Below, in pieces: positions 50,381 to 61,864 of a stretch of DNA of 64,000 bases. The notes beneath the pieces were generated by a model that was given only the letters and a program-made list of their open reading frames with translations, did no database searches and was not told the DNA's origin. The stretch is from Scyliorhinus canicula (taxonomy: Eukaryota), in the NCBI RefSeq assembly GCF_902713615.1, contig NC_052156.1:116103120-116167119 (forward strand), read 5' to 3'. The translations under genes were made by a program, and so were the position numbers. The first letter of the stretch is position 1, and each line of letters opens with the position of its first letter.

Positions 50381-50568
50381 GGGGCTGGTTTAGCACAGTG
50401 GGCTAAATAGCTGGCTTGTAATGCAGGAACAACGCCAGCAGCGCGTGTTCAATTCCCATATCAGCCTCCCCGAACAGGCGCCGGAATGTGGCGACTAGGG
50501 GCTTTTCAGAGTAACTTCATTGAAGCCTACTTATGACCATAAGCGATTATTGTTATATTATTATTATT
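50381..50568 (+). mobile_element. Short SINE with a different tRNA head and the (ATT)n tail
   Basis: Head GGGGCTGGTTTAGCACAGTGG...GTTCAATTCCC joined directly to CCGAACAGGCGCCGGAATGTGGCGACTAGGGGCTTTTCA. No V-core. Confidence 0.8.
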
Positions 50569-51187
50569 AATTGTAGGCCAAGTGGCTTCAAAATGGAAAA
50601 AGGCAAGATTCAGAACCAACACTCGCAAAGCATTTCTCCATTATGAAGAATTCCTAATACCTAAGGGAATGAACATACAAGAAGATGATCGGGCATCAAC
50701 TCTGGAGTCATTCAATAATCAGTTAGATTTACATCGGAGGAAGCATGCATTTCCTAATATCATGTGCTCGATGAGCCAAATGATCCATCGTCAATATTTT
50801 CTATAGCGGAGAAACAAATGAAGTATTTTCAAAGATTAAACGATAAATGGGGCTAGATTGTCCGGTTGCCGAAGGCGAAATCGGATTCGATGAACGGCCA
50901 GAGAATCCAAGTTTCTGACCAAATCAGGGGAGGCGCCGTTTTCGCAATGCTCCGCCCCCTCAAAAGTGGCATACGCTAGGATTGCGACGTATCGATGGCC
51001 TCAGGACATTGCCTGAGGCCTGCCCCCTGATGTACCGCCCCAGCTGGCTGAGTTCCCGACGCCATGGGTCTCTCATGGTCTCATCCATCGGGAACTCAGT
51101 CCAGTGGCGCTATAGTCGGAGGAGGGCCAATCCATGGGCAGGGGGGACATAGGGACTGGGGGCACTGTGGGGGGTTGGTCTGGGGCA

Positions 51188-52630
51188 CGTTATCTAGGTG
51201 TTCCAGGGGTGAGTGCAGAGCCAGGGAGATGGTGTCTGCTCTGGACCTATTGCTGCGGTAGGCGAACTGTAGTGGATCAAGGCAATCCTTGATCCTTATT
51301 GCTGAGTAAGTGCTGCCTGACACCACCGTTGCTGACCCCTTCCGTCACTTTGCTGATGATCGAGAGTAGACTCATGTGCGGTAATTTGCTGTATTGGATT
51401 AGTCCTGTTTTTTGTGTACAGGACATACCGGAGCAAATTTCCACAGTGTCGGAGAGATGCCAGTGTTGTAGCTGTACTAGAACAACCTGGCTAAGAGTGT
51501 GGCATGTTCTGGAGCACAAGTCTTCAGAACTATTGCTGGAATATTGTCAGGTTCCATAGACCTTGCAGTATGCAGTACTTTCAGCTTGATATTACGTGGA
51601 GTGAATCATATTGGCTGAAGACTGACATATGTGATGCTGGGGTCCTCTGGAGGAGAGCAAGATGGATTAGCCTTATCTTTTGTACAGGTGAGTTGGGCTC
51701 CTCAACCATTGAGGATGGAGATATTTGTGGAGCCTCCTCCTCCAGTGAGTTGTTTAATTGTCCACCTGGATGTGACAGAACTGCAGAGCTTAGATCTGAC
51801 CTGTTTGTTGTGGAATTGTTTAACTCTGTCCATTACTTGTTGCTTATGTTGTTTGGCACTCAAGTAGTCTTGTGTTGTAGCTTCACCAGATTGATGCCTC
51901 ATTTTTCAGTATGCCTGATGCTGCTCCTGGCATTTCCTCCTGCACCCTTTGTTGAACCAGGTTTGATCTCCTGGCTTGGTGGCAATGCGAGAGTGGTAAA
52001 TATACCAGGCCATGAGATTACAGATTGTGGCTAAGTACAATTCTGCTACTGGTGGCCCACAGCACATCATGGAAGCCCTGTGTTGAGTTGCTAGATCTGT
52101 TCGAAGCCTATCCTATTTAGCACGGTGGCAGTGCCACACAACACGTGGAGTTCCCACACAGAGTACATTCTGCACGCTTGCCACCCTCAGTGCTTCCTCC
52201 AAGTGGTGTGTAATATGGAGCAGTACTGATTCATCAGCTGAGGAGGGGTGGTATGTGGTAATCAGCAGGAGATTTCCCTGCCTATGTTTGAATTGGTGCC
52301 GTGAGACATCGTGTCACGTCAATATTGAGGACTCCCAGGGCAATTCCTTCCCGAATATATGCTACTGTGCCACCACCTCTGCTGGATTTGTCTTGCTGGT
52401 GGGAAAGAACATGCCCAGGGATGGTGATGTCTAGGACGGTATATGTAAGGTATGATTCTGTGAGTATGACTATGTCTGGCTGTTGCTTGACCAGTCTGTG
52501 AGACAGCTCTCCCAATTTTGGCACAAGCCCCCAGGTGGTAGTTTGGAGGACTTTGCAGGGTCGACAGGGCTGGGTTTGCTGTTGTAATTTCCAGTGCCTG
52601 GGTCGCTACCGGGTTGTCCCCCTGGTTTAA
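51188..52630 (-). mobile_element. RTEX-like LINE fragments fused to a short Rex1/Babar RT fragment (51188-51284)
   Basis: Endonuclease remnant QQPDIVILTESYL, then SLLSIISKV...QHLLSN, then LDPLQFAYRSNRS. Confidence 0.7.
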
Positions 52631-53511
52631 TTTCTTGGTGTGTTCTTTGCAGCGTTTGAGCAAGTATCCAGGATGTAGAGCAGCATGTGAACAGCAGCCA
52701 GTGGTGCCTGCAGTATGTGTGTGTAGAATTGCAGCGGTGCGGCCCTCATGATTGATAAATGCTGAATCAATAAAGTAAATCTGTTTGCTGAGCCCCCGCC
52801 TGCACTTATCTTCAAATAAACCACACCTACGCCTAGTTTACCTGTCCTGTCTGTGAGATTGGTAAGTTTGAGTAAAGCAAACAAAGAAACACAATGCAAT
52901 GTCATAGGCTGAAACGAGGGCCAGGAAGATAAGGAGAGATAAGCCGGTCCACCATCTATAAGGTACAAATCAGGAATGTGATGAAATACTCTGCACTTGC
53001 CAGGGTGCGTGCAGCTCCAACAACACTCGAGAAGCTCCAGTACAGTTCAACAGCCTGCTTGGCCTGCAACCCATTCACCCACTTAAACATTTCCTCCCTC
53101 CACCATCAGTGTAGAGTGGCAGCAGTGTGCAGCCGCTGCACGATGCGCTGCAACCCAGCTCACCCAGACTCCTTCAATAGCATCTTCCAAACCTGTAACC
53201 CACTCACCTAGACGATCAAAGCCTGGATTCTCCATTGCGAGTTTGCCTCGCTACCACTTCTAGTGAGGATGGAGAATTTGGAGCGCCGTTCGCCAGTGGC
53301 AGGATTTTGTACGCTCGCCGCTTGTCAATGGGATTTCTCATTGAAACTATCCCACGCCGGTAGGAAACCCATGGGCGGGGTGCACTGCTGGTGGGATCAG
53401 AGAATCGTGCCATCAGCGAATGGCTGAAGGATTCATCCCGAAGGGTGGCAGATGCATAGGAATACCAACTCCAGGTTTTATTCCAACTCGCAAACCATCC
53501 TGTTTTATTAT

Positions 53512-54497
53512 ATAATCTCTACAGTGCAGAAGGAGGCCATTTGGCTCAGCAAGTCTGCACTGGCCCTTGGAAAGAGCACCTCACCTAGGCCCCCACACCC
53601 ATTCTACATCCGTAACCCTGTAATCCTCTAACCTTTTGTCACTAAAGGGCAATTTAGCATGACCAATCCACCCTACCCGCACATCTTTAGACTGGAGGAG
53701 GAAACTGAAGCACCTGGAGAAAACCCATGCAGTCACAGGGAGAATGTGCAGACTCCGCAGTCACCTGAGACCGGAATTGAACCGGAAGTGAGGCAGCAGT
53801 GTTAACCATTGTGCCACTGCGCCTACAGTACTACAGTTGACGAGGCCATTCGGCCCATGAGTCTGCACCAACCGTCTGAAAGAGCACCAATACTTAGACC
53901 CACGTACCTGCCCTCTCTCCGTAACTGCACCCAATCTTTTGGACACTAACCTGCACATCTTTGGACTGTGGGAGGAAACCAGAGCACCTGCAGGAAATCC
54001 ACACAGACACAAGGAGAATGTACAAACTCCAAACAGACAGTCACCCGAGGTGGGAATCGAACCCAGGTCTCCGGCACTGTGAGGCACCATTGCTAACCAC
54101 TGTCCCACCTTGCCCCACTGTGTCACCAAACTGTACACAGTATTCTCAATGCAGTCACTCCAATGCCCCGCACAGTTGTAGCAAGAGAACTGTGGGCAAC
54201 ACAGTAACACACTGCGGGTGGCACTGTGGCACAGTGGTTAGCACTGTTGTTTCACATCACCAGGGACACGGGTTCGATTCCCGGCTTGGGTCATTGTCTG
54301 TGCCGAATCTGAACGTTCCTCCTGTGTCTATGTCGGTTTCCTCCGGGTGCTCCCGAAAGACGTGTTTGTTAGGTGAATTGGACATTCTGAATTCTCCCTC
54401 AGTGTATCCGGACAGGGATGTGGCGACTAGGGGCTTTTCACAGTAACTTCATTTCAGTGTTAATGTAAGCCTACTTGTGACACTAATAAAGATTATA
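53512..54497. mobile_element. SINE cluster: two minus HE1-like copies (53512-53822, 53823-54117) and one plus (ATT)n-tail copy (54216-54497)
   Basis: Repeated head and V-core motifs. Confidence 0.85.
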
Positions 54498-55536
54498 CTT
54501 CTCTACCTTCATAAAATGAGAGCATTTACGAGTCAACCACTAGCTTGTTGTGAGTCTGGAATTACATATAGGCCAATCCAGGTAAGAGTTCAATCCCTAA
54601 AGGACATTACTGAACCAGGTGGGTATTTACAACATTTCATCGGCATCATTAGACATTTAATTCCAGATTTTTATTGAATTCAAATTTCAGTGGCCAGATT
54701 TGAACTTGGTTTCCACGGAGCATTACCCTGGATCTTAATCGCAACTACTTTGAAGAAGAAAAAGAGGTTGGGGTGGTGACAAAGGTTATTCGTACATTCA
54801 TTGTTTTGAAGAGGTTATAATGAACCTAATGGTCATGCATTGCTTAATGGCTCTGCCAGCGGGGGAGGGGGGGGGGGGAGGGGGGGGGGAGATCTCACCG
54901 GTGGAAAGAGATGGAAAATCCCACCCATTGCTGCCCAGATCCATGTCAATAACTTAACTTTGTATGCAACCTGGTCTCCCAAACATCACAGACATCAACA
55001 TGATAAGTTTGAGGGATAAGTATTACCCAGGAAGATTGACACATTTGGTGGCTCCCACTCAAGGTTGGTTTTTTCGGCCCTTCCCCAGTGGTATAGGCGT
55101 TTTTTTTTTTTAGGGCAAAAATGAGTGAGTGCCCAGGGAAGGTAAAACCCCTCTGGTGAATCTGGTATATGGATCAGAGGATGAGAAGTGCCATGAGAAA
55201 GAGAGAGCTGCATGAGCAAGAAAGTTTTCGTGGTGCGCCACAGGTGAAGATGGTGGAGGGGAAGGGGGCCAGTGCTGTCCGCCTAGTGGGTCGATGGAAC
55301 AGCTGGGGGAGTTTTTGTACGGCAAATTCCAACAGCAGAGGAAAGAGGCTTTGGAGGATTTGGCTAAGTTGGTGCTACTGCTCAGAGCTGCGATTGAGCG
55401 TGTGGAGCAGAGGCAGGAGGTTCAGGGCTTGATGATCCAGGAGGTGGTGGGGGAGCATAAGGAGCGGATGGCCTCGCTGGAGACAGAGTTGGGGATAGTG
55501 CTACACAGCCAGAAGAGGTTACGAGAGAAATTGGAG

Positions 55537-55884
55537 GACATAGAACATAGAACAGTACAGCACAGAACAGGCCCTTTGGCCCTCAATGTTGTGCCGAGCC
55601 ATGATCACCCTACTCAAACCCACGTATCCACCCTATACCCGTAACCCAACAACCCCCCCTTAACCTTACTTTTATTAGGACACTACGGGCAATTTAGCAT
55701 GGCCAATCCACCTCACCCGCACATCTTTGGACTGTGGGAGGAAACCGGAGCACCCGGAGGAAACCCACGCACACAGGGGGAGGACGTGCTGACTCCACAC
55801 AGACAGTGACCCAGCCGGGAATCGAACCTGGGACCCTGGAGCTGTGAAGCATTTATGCTAACCACCATGCTACCCTGCTGACCC
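55537..55884 (-). mobile_element. Full-length young V-SINE with (TTCTATG)n tail
   Basis: tRNA head at the right end, V-core, and tail GGGCCTGTTCTGTGCTGTACTG(TTCTATG)n. Source family of the MITE-captured segment. Confidence 0.93.
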
Positions 55885-57246
55885 AAAGGCCTGCTGCCTC
55901 AAGGACCTTGAGAACCACTCCAGGAGACAGAAAAGGAGAATCTTCGGGATGCCTGAGGGCAGTGAGGGAGCCCATCAGCTGAGGAAGCAAGCAGTAGTGA
56001 GGGAGACAGGTCATGTGAGAGACAAGAGAGGCAATCTGGTGACAGACCCGGAGGGGGTGAATGGGGCTTTTGAGGCCTTGCATAGCAGTCTGTACGAGTT
56101 GGAACCCCAGACAGGTGAGGAGGAGATGCGGCGGTTTCTAGATGGGTTGGAGTTTCCCAAGGTGGAGGAGAGGTGGCTCAGGGGCTGGGAGCCCCAACTG
56201 GATTGAAGGAGGTGATGAATGGCATGGGGGTGATGCAGTCAGGTAAGGCTCCGGGGCAGGATGGGTTCCCAGTAGAGTTTTATGATAAGTCTGGAGTGGA
56301 GCTGGGGCCACTGCTGGTGAGGACGTCAAATGAGGCCACTGCCGAAGGCTTCCATCTCCCTGATTTTAAAGAAGAATAAGGACCCGGAGCAGTGTGGATC
56401 GTACCGTCCGATATCGCTGCTGAATGTTGATGCGCTTGCATCACAAATTGAGTGTGCCGGAGGTGATAGGGGAGGACCAGGCAGGTGTTGTGAAGGGAAG
56501 GCAGTTGTCAGCGAATATGCGGAGGTTACTTAATGTGATTATATGATATCGTCGGTGGGGCAGGAGTTGGAGGTAGCGGTGGCGATGGAAGCGGAGAAAT
56601 CTTTTGGTCGATGGAGTGGGTGCATATGTTTGAAGTTCTGGGGCGGTTTGGGTTCAGGCAGGGTTTTGTGAATTGGGTCTGGCTGTTGTACAAGGAGTCA
56701 GTGGCGAGTGTGCAGATGAAACAGGTATGTTTAGGCGACATTGGCCTACACTATCAGACGAGACAGGGGTGCCTCTCTCCCTGTTACTTTTCACCTTGCA
56801 GATCAGGCCATTGGCAATGGTGCTTAGGGGGTCGAGGCCTTGGAGAGGGATTGAGGGTGGGGGAGGGTTGCCGAGCATATGGTTTTACTACATACAAATT
56901 ATTTTTTATTATATATTTCAGACCCAATGGGCAGCATTGGAGGAATTATGGATATTTTAGGGGAATTTTGTGGGTTTCAGGATATAAATTGAACATGGGA
57001 AAGAGTGAGGTGTTCCCAGTCAATGCCAGAGGGCAAGAATGGAAATTTAGGGGGGTTGCCGTTTAGGGTGGAGGGGAGGAGCTTTAGGTACTTAGGCATC
57101 CAGATGGCACAGAGGTGGGCCCAGTTGCATAGATTAAACATGATTCGATTGGTGAAGGGAAGCAAGGAGAATTTTAAAAGATGGGATGTGTTGCCGCTGT
57201 CACTGGCTGGGTGTGTGTAAACAGTGAAAATGATGATGCAGCCCAG

Positions 57247-57635
57247 TGATGTGTTAGGCAGGCTGGGTCGATGTGGACTGCACTTGATGCAGTGTAACGA
57301 GAGACAGACCTCCAACACTTGATAAGATGCAACACGGTTTTCTTTAACGTCTTAACTACTATACACGTTCAACTGTACTGACTTGACTGGAGACCAAGTA
57401 CTAGCCTGACCAGACTTACTAGCTACCACATGGTGTTTGCACTGGCCAGCTCACAAACTCTGACTGTCTCAGTGGCTGGGTCCCAAGAGAGCAGGAAACC
57501 TAGTGCCCTCTGGCTGTATAGTGGGAGTGTCTTGTCTGGTGATTGGCTGCCCTGTTCTATGTGCTTACTGGTCATCCTGTGTGTCAATCATTGCCTGTCT
57601 GCACCTCATTATATACATAGATGTATATTATGAAA
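57247..57635 (-). mobile_element. Solo LTR of the Gypsy element at 30405-31540
   Basis: Reverse-complement match to 31139-31540. 5-bp TSD CCCAG/CCTAG. The L1 frame (PRFLFVFQ) rejoins across it. Confidence 0.93.
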
Positions 57636-59674
57636 CCTAGGTTTTTGTTTGTGTTCCAGAACCTCCCGATCTTTATGCCCAAGTCTTTTTTAGGAATGTT
57701 AATGGTCTGATCTTGGGGTTTGTGTGGGCTGGGAAGGCCCCACGAGTACGGAGAACATTTTTAGAATGGAGGCGTGGGGAGAGGGGTTGGTGTTGCCGAA
57801 TTTGATAAATTATTATTGGGTGGTGAATACTGTGATGGTGAAGAAATGGGCTGTGGAGGGAGGTCGGTCTGGGGGGGGGGGGGGGGCGAGTGGAATCGGC
57901 GTCATGCAGGTGAACAGGTTTGAGGGCTTTGTTGTTGTTGCCTCTGTCATTCTTGCCAGCCAGATACTCTGTGAGCCCAGTGGTGGTGTGTCGGCTTAAA
58001 AGGTGTGGGGACAGTGTAGGCAGTATTTTGGGTTGGGGGGTATGTTGTTGAGGGCACAATCTGCGCCAACCATAAGTTTGTGCCGGCGGGGCTGGACGCG
58101 AGGATTTGGGGGTGACAGCAGGTGGGGATTGAGTATTTCAGGGACTTGCATACAGGGAGAAAATTCGCGGGGCTGGAGGAATTGTATGAGTTGCCCAAGG
58201 GGAATGGTTTTAGGTACCTGCAGGTGGGGAGAGAGGTGCTGACCTTCCCGACGTTGCCGCCTCTGGTGCTGCAGGGCATGTTGCTATCGGAGGATGAAAT
58301 ATGGGAGGGGAAGGTGTCGCACATTTATAAGGAATTGATGGAGACGGAGGGTGCTCAGGTGGAGGATATTAAGCACAAGTGGGAGGAGGAGCTGGGTGGG
58401 GAGGTGCTGCCTGGGATGGGGGCAGCGGTCTTGTGGAGAGTGAACGCGTCCTCATCAACTGCGAGGTTAAGCCTCATTCAGTTTAAAGTGGTGCATCGGG
58501 TCCACATGATTGGGGCGAGGATGAGCAGGATCTTTGTGGGGGTGGGGGATAGGTGTGGGCGGTGCATGAGAGGACTCGTGAATCACATGTTCTGGGCATG
58601 TCCAAGGCAGAGGGGGCACTGACAAGGATTCTCAGACATGATGTCTGAGGTGTTAAGTGTGGGGATAGTTCCGAGTCCGGAGGTGGCAATATTTGGTGTG
58701 TCAGAAGAACTGGAGGTCTGGGGGGCAGTGGGGTGGGGGGGGGGGGGGGGGGGGGGGGAGGCCGATGTATTGGCCTTTGCCTCTCTAATGGCCCGGGCAC
58801 GGGTTTTGTTGGGCTGGCGGGACAGAGCCGCCGAACGCAGAGGTATGGGTGAGCGACCTGGCAGACTTCCTGAGCTTAGGGAAGGTCATGTTCGCTCCAA
58901 GGGAGTCGGTAGAAGGGTTTGTCTGGAGGTGGAAACTGTTCATTGATTTCTTCAGGGAAAATTGAGGGGTCAGCAAAGTTGGAGGGGTGGGGGTGCAAGG
59001 GGATTAAAATGGGTAAAGCAGGACATGGTGGGGGAGTTGGTGTCGGGGTATTGGGGTTCAGTGGTTGTTTGTTGGGTTATTCTTCTGATATTTTGTATTC
59101 TGTGTTTAATATGTTCAGTGCCTTGAATAAAAATATTTTAAAAAAATATAGAGTCATAGGCTAAGCAGTTGAGACTTATAAATTGCAATTTGAGTTTTTA
59201 TGAGATATTGTATTGATTAATAACAGAATGGTGCAGCTACCACTAAATTTACCCACACTTCCTGAGTGCAGTATATGTTATATATAATTACACATACACA
59301 CACTATGTTATATTTCACAACAATGAACAGTGTCCTTAATTACTACTATTAGCACAGATGTTAGCATTTAACTGAGAAGAAGACAATCAGAATACCAAAA
59401 TTACTGGTCATCATTCAAGGAAAGTCTGGTCTGTTACACTTGTCTTTACTTTTACTTGCAATGTCTCTGTAATCATTTTGCATTCCCCGTTCAGTCATCA
59501 TGTAAGACTTGAGGTGGTTCCTTAATCTTCCTTTTAAGAAGAGGCAGTGGAGGAATGATGAGAATTAATGCAGCATCTGTTTTGACACACATTGCTTAGA
59601 TCTTCGTGCCTGCCTCATTCTTCATTCCCGCTTTGTTTTCTTTTGCCTCGCGGCTCATTCAAAGAATGTTACAG

Positions 59675-60600
59675 TTGAATGTTGTTGTTTATTGTGAGGA
59701 GAATTGATTACAAAAGCATCGGAGTTATGGTTCAGTTGTACGGGGTGCTGGCGAACCCACATCTGGAGTACTGCATACAGCATTGGTCTCCTTCTTTGAG
59801 TGAAGATGAAATTCATGGAAGGCACGTTGGCACAGTGGTTAGCACTTCTGCCTCACAGTGCCAGGGACCCGGGTTTAATTCTGGCCTTGGCTGATTGTCC
59901 GTGTGGAGTTTGCACCTTCCCCCGTGTTTGCATGGGTTTCCTCCGGTTGCTACGGTTTCCTCCCACAGTCCAAAAATATGCAGGTTAGGTGGGGTTATGA
60001 GGATAGGGTGGGGGAGTGGGACTCGGGAGGGTGCTCTTTTAGGGGGCTGGTGCAGACTCAATGGGCCAAATGGCCTCCTTCTGCACTGTCGGGATTCTAT
60101 GGTTCATTAGAAGCACTTCAGAGAAGGTTTACTTGACTAATACCAGGAATGGGTGGATTGGCTTATGAGGAAATGTTGGCGAGGTTATATTTGTATCCAG
60201 TAGTTTTGAAGAATAAGAGGGGGCTTGATCGAAATCTTTAAGAACATGAGGGATATAGATAGGGTGGATGTAGAGAATATGTTTCCTCTTGAGGGAGAAT
60301 CTGGAACTAGGTATCAGTGTTTAAAAATAAGGGGTCACCCATTTAAGACGGAGATGAGAGTTTTCTTGTCCTCTGAGGGCCGGGAGTCTCTGGAACTCTC
60401 TTCCTCTGAAGGCAGTGGAAGCAGAATCTTTGAATATTTATAAGGCAGAGCTGGATAGATTCTTGATCAACAAGAGGGTGAAAGGTTATCGGGGGTTGGC
60501 AGGAATATGGGGTTGAAGTTACAATCTGATCAGCCATGATTTTATTGAATGGTGGAGCAGGGTTGAGGGGCCGAGTGGCCTACTCCTGCTCCTAATTTGT
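59675..60600 (+). mobile_element. CR1-type LINE 3' fragment containing HE1-like SINE 59818-60102
   Basis: PHLEYCIQHWSP before the SINE and LEALQRRFT after it. CR1 3' end. Confidence 0.85.
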
Positions 60601-61741
60601 ACATTATGTAACTATTCCCATCAAGATGAGGGAATGTGTGAATATGCCTGCCAAAGGAATGTAAAAAAGTTCCTGAATAAGTGTAGTTGGGTAATATTTT
60701 GTCGGATGTCAGGACTGGGAATTGTTCCTTAGCACTCGTCTGTCAGAATAAAGCATGTGTCGGTTAGATAGAACATGGATCAGATGCAGCTTAAAGTTCC
60801 CTCTGCCCCGACAACTGCGCCAATTCTCATCTCTAAGGCCAGAACTTATTTCTCCAGCCTTAAACTGTCCATATCCCATGCTGGATACCTGAGCTGATTG
60901 TTAATTCTAGCTGTTATGGAAAGACTTGCGTTTGATCCTTGCGACCATTCCATCATATTTTACTGATTGCAAGGAGATACAGACATTTATCCCATTAGTC
61001 TGGCCTTCATTCGAGCAATAGATAATATTAGACAGCCGCTTTGATTTTTAATGTGAAAAATAAAATTACCCATGAAGTGGATAATTGATTCATAATGACT
61101 TCATAGTGCGGTGCGATAATTGGAATAATGTTTGTGATGCACGGCATGCTGGGAGAGCATCATTAAGTTGCTGGATTTTGGGGTGAAACCCATCTGCCTT
61201 AATAGAATAATTTAAGTGATGTGATGACTTTCCACTTTGTGGTAGGGAATGTTCCAACTTCTAAGGAAGGCTGCAATTGGTTTTGCTACACCATGATTTC
61301 CAGTGTCTGTCGTGGGGAGTGAGCAGTGCAGATGTTAGGCACGGGGAGGTTTTCATCCTGTGGTGCAGTGGTAAGCCTGTGGAAGCGTTAATCCAGTGGT
61401 CTTTACAACTGTATTACAACACCATTTTTACCCAGAGGAGTAATTTGAAAATCTACCCCTTCGCCTCTCGCCCAAAAATGAAAACCAAGACACAAATCTG
61501 AGTCCGAGAGAAAGTGCTGGAATGCACAGGCCCCCAACTCTTGTTTAAATACCCCAAACTACTTCTCTTCACTCAACCAAACTTCTATTTCTTATCTTTA
61601 TGTTGCCCCTTGGATGCTCCTGCAACACGCGTTTGAAAATCTATTCCATTGCCAAGCCTGTCTACTTCCACCTCCATAATATAGTCCACCTCTGTTCCTG
61701 CCTCTTCTCATTTGTTGCTAAAACCCATATCCATGCCTTTG

Positions 61742-61862
61742 TGTGGAGTTGCCGGCGTTGGACTGGGGTGAGCACAGTAAGAAGTCTTACAACACCAGGT
61801 TAAAGTCCAACAGGTTTGTTTCAGACACGAGCTTTCGGAGCACTGCTCCTTCCTCAGGTGGA
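61742..61862 (-). mobile_element. Penelope-like terminal fragment with hammerhead motif (61826-61860)
   Basis: Minus strand CAC-CUGAGGA-A-GGAGC(AGU)GCUCC-GAAA-GC-UC^GUG. Homologous to 29032-29116. Confidence 0.75.
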
Positions 61863-61864
61863 TG

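Larger units (their letters stand above)
55077..59146 (+). mobile_element. L1/Tx1-clade LINE fossil (ORF1 and ORF2 remnants, internal deletion)
   Basis: Coiled-coil ORF1 remnant ending KLED/LENHSRRQ. ORF2 remnants GKAPGQDGFPVEFY, YRPISLLNVD, TRQGC, SGYKLNMGKS, FRYLGI and CCHC knuckle CGRC...HMFWACP. AATAAA plus A-rich end. Confidence 0.9.

Noticed and set aside
55294-55644. 116-aa coiled-coil ORF as a novel gene
   Set aside because: L1/Tx1 ORF1 remnant reading into an inserted SINE.
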